A stretch of 64,000 bases of DNA from a bacterium BMS3Bbin08 (GCA_002897775.1 BDTR01000025.1:454-64453), one strand, 5' to 3'. Numbered from the stretch's first letter, positions 28,633 through 37,944 are shown. Notes: generated by a model from the letters alone, not told the origin. Numbers and translations are program-made.

Positions 28633-30501
28633 CTATGGTAATGGCATGCCATCAACTTCAATGCCGGTTGTTGCGCCGGGAGCCGTCATCAGGATATATT
28701 CGTCCTCATATATCCAGGCACCAAAATCGTCATCAGCTGAAAGACGCCCGCTCCAATTGATGCCAGAGTCCCAGACCTGCAGTGAACAGCAAAATGCACC
28801 TGCACCACCCTGAAAATAGATAGAATCTATCAGATAGTCTGTGCCGTGAAGATCAAACCACAGGCTCCTTACCAGATAATAATTATAAGCGCCCGGGAAA
28901 CTAATTGTACCGTCGTATGTATGAGCCGCCCCAAGCAGAATAAATCCGAATGCTTCCGGGTCATGGCCGATATTCTCTTTGTTGGGGCTGGTATCTCCTG
29001 TGACATCGATGCCGCCGTAAACATAGTAAATGCCTTCCTCAAAAATGTCTGCCGTGCCGTTACCGTCACGGTCATTATTCAATTCTGACGGGTCCCATCC
29101 ATCCAGTTGCACAAAAACACCGTCCATATATGGGTCCGGCAGAAAACCGGTTGGATCATCACCCGCAATGGTCGGAAGTAACGCCCTCAGGTTTATACCC
29201 GGACTGAAGAAATTACTAAAATCGAGAATAGTATCATCAGATGTGTCGCCGACTGTCTCATTGTCATCAACAGTGCACTGGCCAAAAAGACACTGTTTTG
29301 CCGTGGTTAAGTCATCCCGATCCTCCTGTATCTCCTGGGCATCTGCATCACCAAGGTTGATAAAATCATTATCCTGATTGTCTGATTCTGCGTCCATCCA
29401 GGCAATGGCTGCATCAAGGTCATTAGCTCCATCATCCAAATAATTCCTTGCCGTATTCAGATTTCCGGTGTTTGTCAAGGTCCCGAAATTCGGGTTATCA
29501 TTAAGAAAGTCCTGCTTTGTCCTGGATTCCTCGTTGTTAGCTTCAAAGTCTATATCTGCATCAAGATCATACGCGTCCTGCATTAAAAGAAGCGCCAGCC
29601 CACCTTTAGCTAAAGCACTGAAAACGAGAATGTCTCCGAAATCGCTCTCTACTGACGTGCCGTCCCACGGCTCGGTCCAGACATAATTGAAAGACTGAGA
29701 GACAGACTGAATCGTTGTTATTATATCTTCAAGTGCCGGACGACCCACATTAAAGAGAAAATTCTGAAGCTCCAGACCGGTGGGTGAGTTACCCGGCATA
29801 GTATCAGGACAGCTGGGGTCGTCATGAACACTGCCCGCATGAGTGCAATTAAACGCGTCAAGGATATCACTGGCAGTGTTCAACCCGTTATTGGGATCTC
29901 CGTCAGATACTGTATCAAAAAAGAATGTCAGCACATGAAAAAACCTTGCTGTGTCAGCTTCATTTGAGACTTCAGTTCCGTATCTGTCCGAGGCATCCCT
30001 GCAAAAGTCATTTGCGGCAGATAAATTATCACTGCTGACGGCGCTCTCACAAAGCGCGAGCAATGCACCCGGTGAGAGACCTTCCATGCTAAGTATTATT
30101 GAAACAGATACAGGCTCGCCTCCTGCCCCCACTTCAAGGTCTGCATAGGCGTCACCGTAATAGTACAAAGTGCCGTTGGCAGTATAGGCAAACACTTCAA
30201 AATGCCTGTTAGGCCCTATCGGGACATCGAATGTCTCGGAAACACTGGTCCCGGTCACTAATACAGTACGCTCTATCGGGTCCATATCCGATCCCGTGAT
30301 ATAAAACCTGACAGATGCCACCCCGGCCGGCGCCTGTTCCGGAGCAGCTATTGAGGAACCGTCCCGACCGCCGACGTTAACTATAACAGTCGCGGTTCCT
30401 GAACCGGTCCTGCTGAGGTCATCACTGTTTCCCAATCCACCGCTGCAGGATAAGATCATAAGGGATAAAACCATTAAACCTATGAACTGAAGGTATCTCA
30501 T
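28633..30501 (-). CDS. lipoprotein with a shared N-terminal domain and a large acidic, Asp/Asn-rich C-terminal region
   Basis: 622 aa. Lipobox LMILSC, SD aaggag. The N-terminal ~120 aa align with the 21809-23164 product (FxxTGxDMxP...VPxGPxR...G.L.Y.G). Contains NNDRDGNGTAD and DxD-rich stretches that suggest Ca-binding loops. Confidence 0.65.
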   Translation of the reverse strand: MRYLQFIGLMVLSLMILSCSGGLGNSDDLSRTGSGTATVIVNVGGRDGSSIAAPEQAPAGVASVRFYITGSDMDPIERTVLVTGTSVSETFDVPIGPNRHFEVFAYTANGTLYYYGDAYADLEVGAGGEPVSVSIILSMEGLSPGALLALCESAVSSDNLSAANDFCRDASDRYGTEVSNEADTARFFHVLTFFFDTVSDGDPNNGLNTASDILDAFNCTHAGSVHDDPSCPDTMPGNSPTGLELQNFLFNVGRPALEDIITTIQSVSQSFNYVWTEPWDGTSVESDFGDILVFSALAKGGLALLLMQDAYDLDADIDFEANNEESRTKQDFLNDNPNFGTLTNTGNLNTARNYLDDGANDLDAAIAWMDAESDNQDNDFINLGDADAQEIQEDRDDLTTAKQCLFGQCTVDDNETVGDTSDDTILDFSNFFSPGINLRALLPTIAGDDPTGFLPDPYMDGVFVQLDGWDPSELNNDRDGNGTADIFEEGIYYVYGGIDVTGDTSPNKENIGHDPEAFGFILLGAAHTYDGTISFPGAYNYYLVRSLWFDLHGTDYLIDSIYFQGGAGAFCCSLQVWDSGINWSGRLSADDDFGAWIYEDEYILMTAPGATTGIEVDGMPLP

Positions 30502-30749
30502 AAAATTACTCCTTGAAAAGATTTCTTACACTGCGAGCATACCCTTCTGAAAGAAAGAGCTCTTGTGTCTATATGAGTGAACTATAGCATAAACCAATAT
30601 TAAGAGGAAACGTGAAAAAATAACCAGAATATATGGATTAAAATTAGTTATTTTTTGCAATAATCAATTTTTTCGCATACTGTAAAAGCTTGTTAAGATA
30701 AAATTCACATTCTCAATGCTTCACCAGAAAAGGCAAAACTGAAGGAAAA

Positions 30750-31178
30750 TCAGGGCATAATGCCCGTTACCTCAAAGAATCTTTTAGGTGTAACAATATC
30801 AATTCCTTTGTATGACTCAAGACCTAACAGGTGGGAATCGCCGGACACAATATAGTCTGCCCTGCCCTCTACAGCAGTTGATAAGACCTTATTGTCATCA
30901 GGGTCTTCCTTTATAACATCAATCAACGGCAGGTCTCCTGTTAAAACAGAATATCTCAAAAGGTTCAGGATGGTTTGTCTTATCAGATCCTCATTCAGAC
31001 GGTATTTCTTTTTTATCTTTGGATAGTTCAGGACTTTTTCAGCTTCCATAACCATTGATTGCGATGTTACAAGAACAATGGCTTCTTCTTCCCAAAGTCT
31101 GACAACCTTATATGGGGACCCCCTTTTCTGTATGATGCCGCTTATGAGGATATTGGTGTCTATTACGACCCTAAGCAC
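30750..31178 (-). CDS. PIN-domain toxin (VapC-like)
   Basis: 142 aa. VVIDTNILISG N-terminal acidic motif and C-terminal IVSGDSHLL. Overlaps the upstream antitoxin gene by 8 nt. Confidence 0.8.
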   Translation of the reverse strand: MLRVVIDTNILISGIIQKRGSPYKVVRLWEEEAIVLVTSQSMVMEAEKVLNYPKIKKKYRLNEDLIRQTILNLLRYSVLTGDLPLIDVIKEDPDDNKVLSTAVEGRADYIVSGDSHLLGLESYKGIDIVTPKRFFEVTGIMP

Positions 31179-31443
31179 CTTTTCTTGCCGCCTTTACGGC
31201 CTCCCGGACATCTGCCCTGACCTCTCTCGCAGTATAACCCTTTGATTTAGCCCTGATCTCACCAAATATTTTCATGTCTGCTGTTCTTTGTCTTTTATAG
31301 TTCTCGAACTCATCATAGGGTATTAAAACTGCCATGGTCTTTTTACCTCTTTTGATAATGTACTCCCTGCCCTGGTAATAGACCTCCTCAAGTATCTCGC
31401 CAAGATTTCCCCTGACTTTTAACGCGGACAATTCTTTTGCCAT
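31171..31443 (-). CDS. Phd/YefM-type antitoxin
   Basis: About 90 aa. LSALKVRGNLGEILEEVYYQGREYIIKRGKKTMAVLIPYDEF is Phd/YefM-like. The ATG at 31443 lies 8 nt after aggagg. Confidence 0.75.
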   Translation of the reverse strand: MAKELSALKVRGNLGEILEEVYYQGREYIIKRGKKTMAVLIPYDEFENYKRQRTADMKIFGEIRAKSKGYTAREVRADVREAVKAARKGA

Positions 31444-31456
31444 GATCAACACCTCC

Positions 31457-31493
31457 TATAATAACTATACTAACTATGCTAACTATGATAGTT
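31457..31493 (-). promoter_or_regulatory. possible toxin-antitoxin operator: 9-nt-spaced AACTA repeats ending in the palindrome AACTAT-G-ATAGTT
   Basis: AACTA occurs at 31463, 31472 and 31481. A perfect 6+6 inverted repeat is at 31481-31493, immediately upstream of the antitoxin SD. Confidence 0.3.
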
Positions 31494-31683
31494 TTATTTT
31501 AACAGAAACCGGCGCCAAAAGAAACGTGTTTATAACCGGGGAAAGATCAACAGGATTATCTTATGGGCAGGAACGTCTTGTGATGTCTCAGAAACTTATG
31601 GCCGGAGTCAGCCTCTAATCCAGTTCCTTACGCAGGTCCGCGGAGATAAGAAAATAGTCCCGGTCCTTTCTGTTCACTGCCCT

Positions 31684-32163
31684 TCATAAATTCCTCCTCG
31701 AAGTCGAGTCGTGCCGACCTGCTATAACTTTAGCAAATTTCACCAGCAAAGCAAAATGAACTTTTATGTCAAGGGTCCGGAGGAATATGTTCTTATATCG
31801 TTCATTGCCTGTAAACATGTCCCACAGGATAGAGCTCAGTGTCTTGGGGGCCTCTGCATCCTGCTGTTCGTCATTAACAACAGCGAGCATGCCTTTGGTC
31901 ATCATACTGCTGGTCTTGATCAGGTCTGTAACCGCGAACAGGTACTTTCCAAACCTGTTGTCAACTATCAGCTCCCTGTAGGCCGGGTAGTAATCCTCCT
32001 GGAAATGCTCTTTGCCTACACCGTGGAAAACCGCTGTTTTCGCGGCTGCCTTTCCCATTGTGTATGCCGCGCCCAGGCCGTCTTTAAAAAGCCTGGTCGA
32101 TCCTGAATCCCCGCACATGATCACCCTGTTGGTAAACGCTGTTTTCGGCGCTCCGACGTTCAT
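31684..32163 (-). pseudogene. C-terminal fragment of an FAD-dependent (geranylgeranyl-reductase-like) oxidoreductase
   Basis: 159 aa beginning near the conserved ...CGDSGS.R.FKDG... region. The N-terminal Rossmann/GxGxxG part is absent. A REP-like palindrome sits exactly at the truncation point. Confidence 0.45.
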
Positions 32164-32166
32164 CTT

Positions 32167-32228
32167 GGGCAGGCAGGTGTTGCTGCGGTTTACCCCGTCA
32201 GAGATTCGTCTCTATACGGGGTAAAGCC
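32167..32228. repeat. REP-like element copy (GGGCAGGCAGG plus GGTTTACCCCGT / ACGGGGTAAAGCC palindrome)
   Basis: Read directly. Shares GGCAGGCAGG and CGGTTTACCC with 11749-11793, and ACGGGGTAAA with 7111-7127. Confidence 0.55.
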
Positions 32229-32272
32229 GTAGACTTTCGAAAAAAGGGTCACGCCCCTTCAGTCCCGCATGC

Positions 32273-32566
32273 TCAGGTAGGCGTAAAAGGCGCGTGAAGA
32301 CCGCCTGCGCCCTTGGTCAAAGGCCCTGTCCATTCATTTACCCCGCCCCTTATGCTCCTGGCCCTGAACCCCTGATTATTAAGAAGAAAAGCGGCTGAGG
32401 CGCTCCTGGCCCCGCCCAGGCAATATACAAAATACTCCTTGTCCTGCCGCAGTTCGCCATATCTCTGCCTCAATTCATCAAGCGGTATATTTACAGCTCC
32501 GGGGATATGCTCTTCTTCAAATTCTATGTCCAGCTGAATGCTGATTTTTAATTGCCTGATAGGCAT
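32273..32566 (-). CDS. rhodanese-like single-domain sulfurtransferase (possibly N-terminally shortened)
   Basis: 97 aa. EEHIPGAVNIPL and the active-site loop YCLGGARS. Confidence 0.7.
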   Translation of the reverse strand: MPIRQLKISIQLDIEFEEEHIPGAVNIPLDELRQRYGELRQDKEYFVYCLGGARSASAAFLLNNQGFRARSIRGGVNEWTGPLTKGAGGLHAPFTPT

Positions 32567-32601
32567 AGAAAAATTTGCTGTCAGGGGTTATTATATTAAT
32601 C

Positions 32602-33084
32602 ATGGGCAAAGCTGACTCGGCAGTATCACTTTTTAAAAAAGGGCTGAATTGCGCCCAGTCGCTGCTCCTGGTTTACGGAACTGAACTCGGGATGGACAAT
32701 GAGACAGCCCTGAGGATCGCCACTGCCTTTGGCAGCGGAATGGGGAAAATGGGTGAGACCTGCGGAGCTGTAACAGGCGCTTTTATGATCATCGGTCTCA
32801 GGCACGGCACAGCGCACTCAAAGGACAGGAGATCAAAAAGCAGGACTTATGAACTTGTCGAGCGGTTCGTTGAAAAGTTCAAGGCCCGGAACAATACTAT
32901 TGTCTGCAGAGAGCTGGTAGGCGCCGATATGGGTACTCCGGGCGTTGGCAGGATCATTATGCAAAAGTGCCCTAAATATGTCCATGATTCCGCTGAACTG
33001 ATCGAGGAAATACTGGAAATTCAGGCTGGAGAGACCGTGAGCGGACAGGAACAGCTTCATGTTCCAGTAAAAGGCCATAAATGA
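32602..33084 (+). CDS. C_GCAxxG_C_C family protein
   Basis: Contains GLNCAQSLL and GETCGAVTGA plus later Cys residues, which define the family. ATG at 32602 preferred. Confidence 0.8.
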   Translation: MGKADSAVSLFKKGLNCAQSLLLVYGTELGMDNETALRIATAFGSGMGKMGETCGAVTGAFMIIGLRHGTAHSKDRRSKSRTYELVERFVEKFKARNNTIVCRELVGADMGTPGVGRIIMQKCPKYVHDSAELIEEILEIQAGETVSGQEQLHVPVKGHK

Positions 33085-33587
33085 AAAAACTCAGTCACCT
33101 GGATAAAAAAGGCCGCGCCTGCATGGTCGATGTAAGTAAAAAGACTTCAACAGCCAGAGAAGCGATAGCCATGGGCACCGTTCACATGAAAAAACAGACC
33201 CTCAGCCTTATCACAAATAAAAAGATCTCAAAAGGCGATGTCTTTGAAACAGCAAGGCTTGCCGGCATTATGGCGGCAAAAAGAACCAGTGAACTGATAC
33301 CCTTATGTCATCCCCTTAATATCTCGTCCGTTACTGTTGATCTCAGTGTTGACAGCAGGAAAAACAGCGTCAACATAGAGGCAAAGGTCAAATGCGCGGG
33401 GCAGACAGGTGTGGAAATGGAAGCAATGACAGCTGTTCTGGTCTCTGCCCTTACAGTCTATGACATGTGCAAGGCTGTTGACAGGGGAATAGTTATATCT
33501 GACATTAAGCTCATGCGGAAAAGCGGCGGAAAGAGCGGTAATTGGGTTAGAACGACCCGCAGGTCATCCGGGAAAAACCCGCGCTAG
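33081..33587 (+). CDS. moaC: cyclic pyranopterin monophosphate synthase
   Basis: 168 aa. LSHLDKKGRACMVDVS, AGIMAAKRTSELIPLCHPL, TGVEMEAMTAV. Four-nt overlap with the upstream gene. Confidence 0.95.
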   Translation: MKKLSHLDKKGRACMVDVSKKTSTAREAIAMGTVHMKKQTLSLITNKKISKGDVFETARLAGIMAAKRTSELIPLCHPLNISSVTVDLSVDSRKNSVNIEAKVKCAGQTGVEMEAMTAVLVSALTVYDMCKAVDRGIVISDIKLMRKSGGKSGNWVRTTRRSSGKNPR

Positions 33588-34762
33588 TCTTTGTTTCTTT
33601 TCTTTTTCCCTTCCAGCTTTTCAAGTTCTTTTTTTGCCTTTTCATTCACCGGGTCCCATTCCAGCGCTGTTTGAAACTGTTTAATGGCCCTTTTTTTTAA
33701 TCCTGTCCTAAGATAGATCTCGCCTGATTGCACATAATATTTCGAGTTGTGGGGTTCCAGTTCTATTGCTTTCAGAATGGTTTCTTCCGCTTCTTTGATT
33801 CTCTTTGGCACCCGGCTTAAAGCCAGGGACAGAAAAGCCCAGTACTTGGCGTGCTCAGGGGCCGCCCTTGTCGCCCCCCGCAAAAAGTCCATGGCGCCCC
33901 AGTAATTTCCGCTTTTAAATTCGCTGAAACCTCTGACAAACTGTTCCTCTGCGTTTATCTCAGCCCTGTCAGGGGTTTTTGAGGCTGTCCTTTTAAGAAT
34001 ACCGGCGTCATATTTTTTCTTTTCCGTCTCATCGCTCAATGTATGATAGGCCTTGTTAATTAAAGAAAAGATCGCCGTGAGTTTCTCTTTTAACCCCTGG
34101 ACTGGCATTTCCTGGCGTTTGTCAGGATGGAACTCTTTAGCCAGATTTAAATATGACTTTTTTATTTCTTCAGGAGCGGCGTCCATGCCGACCTCCAGGA
34201 CATCGTAATAGCTTAATTTTTTTATATTCCCGTAAAGCCCGTCCACCTTTCGCAGGAATGAATCATCCTGCTGCCTTCTCATTGCTTCCTGCATCTGAAG
34301 CCCTTCTGTTATGAGAGCATCCATGCTCATGCTTAGAGCAATTATTTCTTCAGGCGGCGGTGTTTCCCTGAAAATATATTCGCAGTCTTCCCATAGGAAA
34401 AGGCTCAGAATGATCTCCCTGACCTGGAGTTTAAGTTCGTCAAAAAGTTCGTTCGGCTTAAGATAACCCAGCCCTACAAGGACAGCGCCGTGCCTTTTGC
34501 CCAGCCTTTTTGAGAGCTTTGCGGCCTTGTCGCTCTTCTCCCGGGTTATCTTGCCTTTCCTGATAAGCATATTGCCGAGACGCTCCTCCTCCAGGCTGGA
34601 AGACGCAAACACAGCGGTGCCGTCCCTTATAAAAATACTTTTTTTTGCCTCTCCTTTCTGAAGAGTAAGGGTCCCTGATCTTTTCTTTTTCTTCAGGCTG
34701 GCAAGCAGTTGCGGAAGGCTGCAATATCTGAGAGTTCCCCTCGGAGGTATCTCATTTTGCAC
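33584..34762 (-). CDS. DUF4388-like N-domain + J-domain + TPR protein
   Basis: 392 aa. J-domain YYDVLEVGMDAAPEEIKKSYLNLAKEFHPDK and C-terminal TPR repeats. Confidence 0.8.
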   Translation of the reverse strand: MQNEIPPRGTLRYCSLPQLLASLKKKKRSGTLTLQKGEAKKSIFIRDGTAVFASSSLEEERLGNMLIRKGKITREKSDKAAKLSKRLGKRHGAVLVGLGYLKPNELFDELKLQVREIILSLFLWEDCEYIFRETPPPEEIIALSMSMDALITEGLQMQEAMRRQQDDSFLRKVDGLYGNIKKLSYYDVLEVGMDAAPEEIKKSYLNLAKEFHPDKRQEMPVQGLKEKLTAIFSLINKAYHTLSDETEKKKYDAGILKRTASKTPDRAEINAEEQFVRGFSEFKSGNYWGAMDFLRGATRAAPEHAKYWAFLSLALSRVPKRIKEAEETILKAIELEPHNSKYYVQSGEIYLRTGLKKRAIKQFQTALEWDPVNEKAKKELEKLEGKKKRNKD

Positions 34763-35111
34763 TGTCTTTTCTGCCTTTCTCTGGTGCGGATACCGAAGGC
34801 GCGGTATCCGGACCGCCGGACATTGACTCCGGGTCGGCTTTCACGCGTTCCTTCCCGGTCTCAAGCGCTTTTATAATAGCCAGGAACTCGGACTTCTCAT
34901 TGTCAAGGTTTCTTTTTATCGATGTGATCACCTGATCCCTGGACCTGATCTCCAGTTCCCGTATTCCGATATCCTGCTTAAGCTTGAACGTGTAAACACC
35001 CAGTGAGCCGAGCGCCACGGACAGCAAAGCTATCAGGACCAGAACACTGAACGGTATCTTAACAAGTTCGCGGCGTTCAATATCCTTTTCAAGCTGACTC
35101 TTATCAGACAT
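34752..35111 (-). CDS. small single-pass membrane protein with a coiled-coil segment
   Basis: 119 aa with one TM segment (IPFSVLVLIALLSVALGSLGV). Tightly packed between neighbouring genes. No family recognised. Confidence 0.4.
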   Translation of the reverse strand: MSDKSQLEKDIERRELVKIPFSVLVLIALLSVALGSLGVYTFKLKQDIGIRELEIRSRDQVITSIKRNLDNEKSEFLAIIKALETGKERVKADPESMSGGPDTAPSVSAPEKGRKDSAK

Positions 35112-35617
35112 TACCTGTACCTCCTGACCTCAAAACGAAAAAGCTCTATATCGTCCATTGAAAATATTCCCGCCTTGTATGCTGTTATGTTAAGCTGTTC
35201 CTCGACAGTATTGACCCCCTCCAGGTCGGGGAGCAGGAGCCCGCGGTTGTTCCCTTTTTTAACTATAACACCGTAACGTTTAGGGTCAAGCTCATCCCGG
35301 CTTTCAACTTTTTCCGGAGGCGAAAGCACATCAACAGAATACTCAAGCTCACTCAGCTCCGAAGGAGAGACAGGAGGGAACCTGGGGTCCTGGACAGCGG
35401 CGCTCACAGCGTTCTGTATTATCTCGCCGGCCACATTTTCAGTAGTAGGGGAATAAGTCCCTATACATCCCCTGAGCTCGCCTTTCTTCTTAATGGATAC
35501 AAAAACACCGGCTTTGTCTTTCATCTCCGGGGTCAGCTCTTCAGGCAGGGGGGTAGTTTCCCCGTCCCGTATATAACGCTCGACCGTTTCTTTTGCAAGC
35601 TTTACGACAGGATGCAT
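35111..35617 (-). CDS. AMMECR1-domain protein
   Basis: 168 aa. [18 protein letters not shown] and DPRFPPV motifs. Confidence 0.85.
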   Translation of the reverse strand: MHPVVKLAKETVERYIRDGETTPLPEELTPEMKDKAGVFVSIKKKGELRGCIGTYSPTTENVAGEIIQNAVSAAVQDPRFPPVSPSELSELEYSVDVLSPPEKVESRDELDPKRYGVIVKKGNNRGLLLPDLEGVNTVEEQLNITAYKAGIFSMDDIELFRFEVRRYR

Positions 35618-35620
35618 AGC

Positions 35621-35649
35621 AAATAAGTTAAAAGTTAAAAGTCAAAATT
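35621..35649. repeat. 7-nt periodic array (AAATAAGT TAAAAGT TAAAAGT CAAAATT)
   Basis: Read directly. Starts 3 nt upstream of the AMMECR1 ATG. A second T-tract array with 7-nt phasing lies at 35722-35760. Confidence 0.5.
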
Positions 35650-35760
35650 TTCGAAAAAAATCCATTAAATTAAAACAAACAAAAAATTTTGAACGAATCC
35701 AGGCAGAGAACCGCCTCAACCTTAATTTTACATTTTAATATTTTATTTTTGATCTTTATT

Positions 35761-36807
35761 TTACTTCCCCCGTCCAAGTGAATAGTCCGAGATGGTCAAG
35801 AGGGCAGACTTCTCAGTAGAGTCCCTGAAGATATCAAGCTCCTCTTTTGCCTCCTGTAATATGGCACTAGCCCTTTCGTAAGACTTTTCTATTGACCTGT
35901 ACTTGCTTAACAGACCCAGGACATATTCGAGATCTGATTTTGAGATCTTTTCAGCGCTTATTATTGATTTTATTCTCAGCGCCTCTTTGGCGTCGGCCTC
36001 TCTCAGCAGGAATATAAGCGGCAGTGTGATCTTGCCCTCCTCAAGATCTTTACCCAGGTTTTTCCCGAGCATTGACTCTTCCGCCATATAGTCAAGGATG
36101 TCATCAGCCATCTGAAAGGTAAGGCCCAGCTTCAGGCCGAAAGAAGAAAGCGCGCTCTCCTGTTCCCGCGCCGCGTTGCCGATAACAGCCCCGCCCATGC
36201 ACGCCGCTGACATAAGGATGGCTGTCTTGCCTGTTATTATTTTCATGTAGTCTTCCTCAGACACATTGAATTCGCCTTTTTTGCTCTTTTCTTTTTTACT
36301 GAGCTGAATAAGCTCCCCCTCGCTCATCATGGCGGTCGCGTTAGTAAAGGCATCCATGATCTTCTGGCTTTTCAGCGAATTGACAAGCCTTAAGGCATTC
36401 GAATAAAGATAATCACCTACAAGCACTACGACCTGGTCTCCCCAGAGTGAATGCGCGGAAGGCTTCCCTCTTCGCATGCCGGCTCCGTCAACTATATCAT
36501 CATGAAGCAGTGAAGCTGTATGAATAGACTCAACAGAACAGGCAAGGACACTGGCCTTCTCACCCGTATATCCCATGATCTTTGAACACAATATGGCAAG
36601 AACAGGACGGATACGTTTTCCCCCGCTCATGAGAAGGTATTTACCGACCATCGAGACAGCAGGCGCTACTGTTGACAGGGTCTCCTGTATCTTTTCTTCT
36701 GCCAGCTCAAGGTCGTTCCTGTAATGATCCCATACTTCTTCGATCTTCATTTTAGCCGCCCGGTCCTTTTCATCCAATTGACTGAGTTTTTCATATGACG
36801 TCTTCAC
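35761..36807 (-). CDS. long-chain polyprenyl diphosphate synthase (IspB-like)
   Basis: 348 aa. First DDxxD (LLHDDIVDG) and second (FQMADDILDY) aspartate-rich motifs. Confidence 0.85.
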   Translation of the reverse strand: MKTSYEKLSQLDEKDRAAKMKIEEVWDHYRNDLELAEEKIQETLSTVAPAVSMVGKYLLMSGGKRIRPVLAILCSKIMGYTGEKASVLACSVESIHTASLLHDDIVDGAGMRRGKPSAHSLWGDQVVVLVGDYLYSNALRLVNSLKSQKIMDAFTNATAMMSEGELIQLSKKEKSKKGEFNVSEEDYMKIITGKTAILMSAACMGGAVIGNAAREQESALSSFGLKLGLTFQMADDILDYMAEESMLGKNLGKDLEEGKITLPLIFLLREADAKEALRIKSIISAEKISKSDLEYVLGLLSKYRSIEKSYERASAILQEAKEELDIFRDSTEKSALLTISDYSLGRGK

Positions 36808-36854
36808 CCCGTTGTCCAGATCCTTTTTCTACACCCGCGTCCAGTTTCGGTTAT

Positions 36855-37910
36855 TCAGAAACTGCGGGTGGAGGATCTAACGGGGCTTTCCTTTAATTTA
36901 TGCAGTTCTTCAGGTTTAAAAACCCCTTTTTCAGTAATTATGGCTGTTACATATTTAGCGGGCGTAACATCAAACGCCGGATTCCTGACGTTCACGCCTT
37001 CCGGAGCTATACGGCACCCGCTCACTACAGTGACCTCTTCAGGGTCTCTTTCTTCTATGGGGACCAAATCCCCTGTCGCAATTGAAAGATCAATACTGCT
37101 TGTCGGCGCCGCGACATAAAAGGGGACCCCGTGTTCTTTGCAAAGAACAGCCAGCGTATATGTCCCTATCTTGTTGACCACATCACCATTCGCAGCTGTC
37201 CTGTCAGTGCCGACAATGGCAAGGGATATCTCTCCTTTCCTCATCAGCGCTCCTGCCGCGCTGTCTGTAATAAGGGTCACCGGAATCCCATCCTGCATCA
37301 ATTCCCACGCGGTTAAGCGGCAGCCCTGAAACACAGGCCTGGTCTCGTCAGCTATTACATGGACTTTCCTGCCCCGCTCTATAGCCGCCCTTATCGGAGC
37401 TGTTGCCGTGCCATAACCGCCGGTAGCCAGAGACCCGGCATTGCAGTGCGTAATAACGGTATCACCATCCCGTATGAACCGGACTCCAAGCCTGCCTATT
37501 TCCCTGTTGACCTCAATATCTTCTGCGAGCATATTGTTGGCCTCATCTATTAAAAGGGCCTTGAGCCCCCCTACACCAAGCTCTTTTTTTGATTTCAGCA
37601 GTTTCCTCAGCCTGTTGACCGCCCATTCTATGTTCACGGCAGTGGGCCTTGTCGCGATCATTGTGGAGAATACAGGCTCCAGCGCTTCATAAAACTCTTC
37701 AAACCTGTCAGCCTTTATCTCCTGCGCGCCAATTGCCGCGCCCATTGCCGCCGCGATACCGATAGCAGGCGCTCCACGTATCCACAGTTTTTTTATGCCC
37801 TCCGCGACTTTATGATAATCCGCGCACTCAACATACCGGACCTCCAGTGGCAGTCTGCTCTGGTCCAGCATCACAACTTTTCCGTCTACCAGCTCTATAG
37901 TCTTAACCAT
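36855..37910 (-). CDS. mtnA: S-methyl-5-thioribose-1-phosphate isomerase
   Basis: 351 aa. LDQSRLP start, IRGAPAIG, ADETRPVFQG, GTDRTAANGD. Confidence 0.9.
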   Translation of the reverse strand: MVKTIELVDGKVVMLDQSRLPLEVRYVECADYHKVAEGIKKLWIRGAPAIGIAAAMGAAIGAQEIKADRFEEFYEALEPVFSTMIATRPTAVNIEWAVNRLRKLLKSKKELGVGGLKALLIDEANNMLAEDIEVNREIGRLGVRFIRDGDTVITHCNAGSLATGGYGTATAPIRAAIERGRKVHVIADETRPVFQGCRLTAWELMQDGIPVTLITDSAAGALMRKGEISLAIVGTDRTAANGDVVNKIGTYTLAVLCKEHGVPFYVAAPTSSIDLSIATGDLVPIEERDPEEVTVVSGCRIAPEGVNVRNPAFDVTPAKYVTAIITEKGVFKPEELHKLKESPVRSSTRSF

Positions 37911-37944
37911 AATAATTCACGTGCTCCGGAACCCCGCTCCATGA

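Noticed and set aside
21190-30749. Sigma54 (TGGCAC-N5-TTGC) promoters that could be targets of the NtrC-family regulator at 10374-11738.
   Set aside because: Scanning the spacers on both strands gave no GG/GC-spaced match. The TGGCAC occurrences (for example 7314, 8740, 13822, 43194, 48583) are inside genes or lack the TTGC element.
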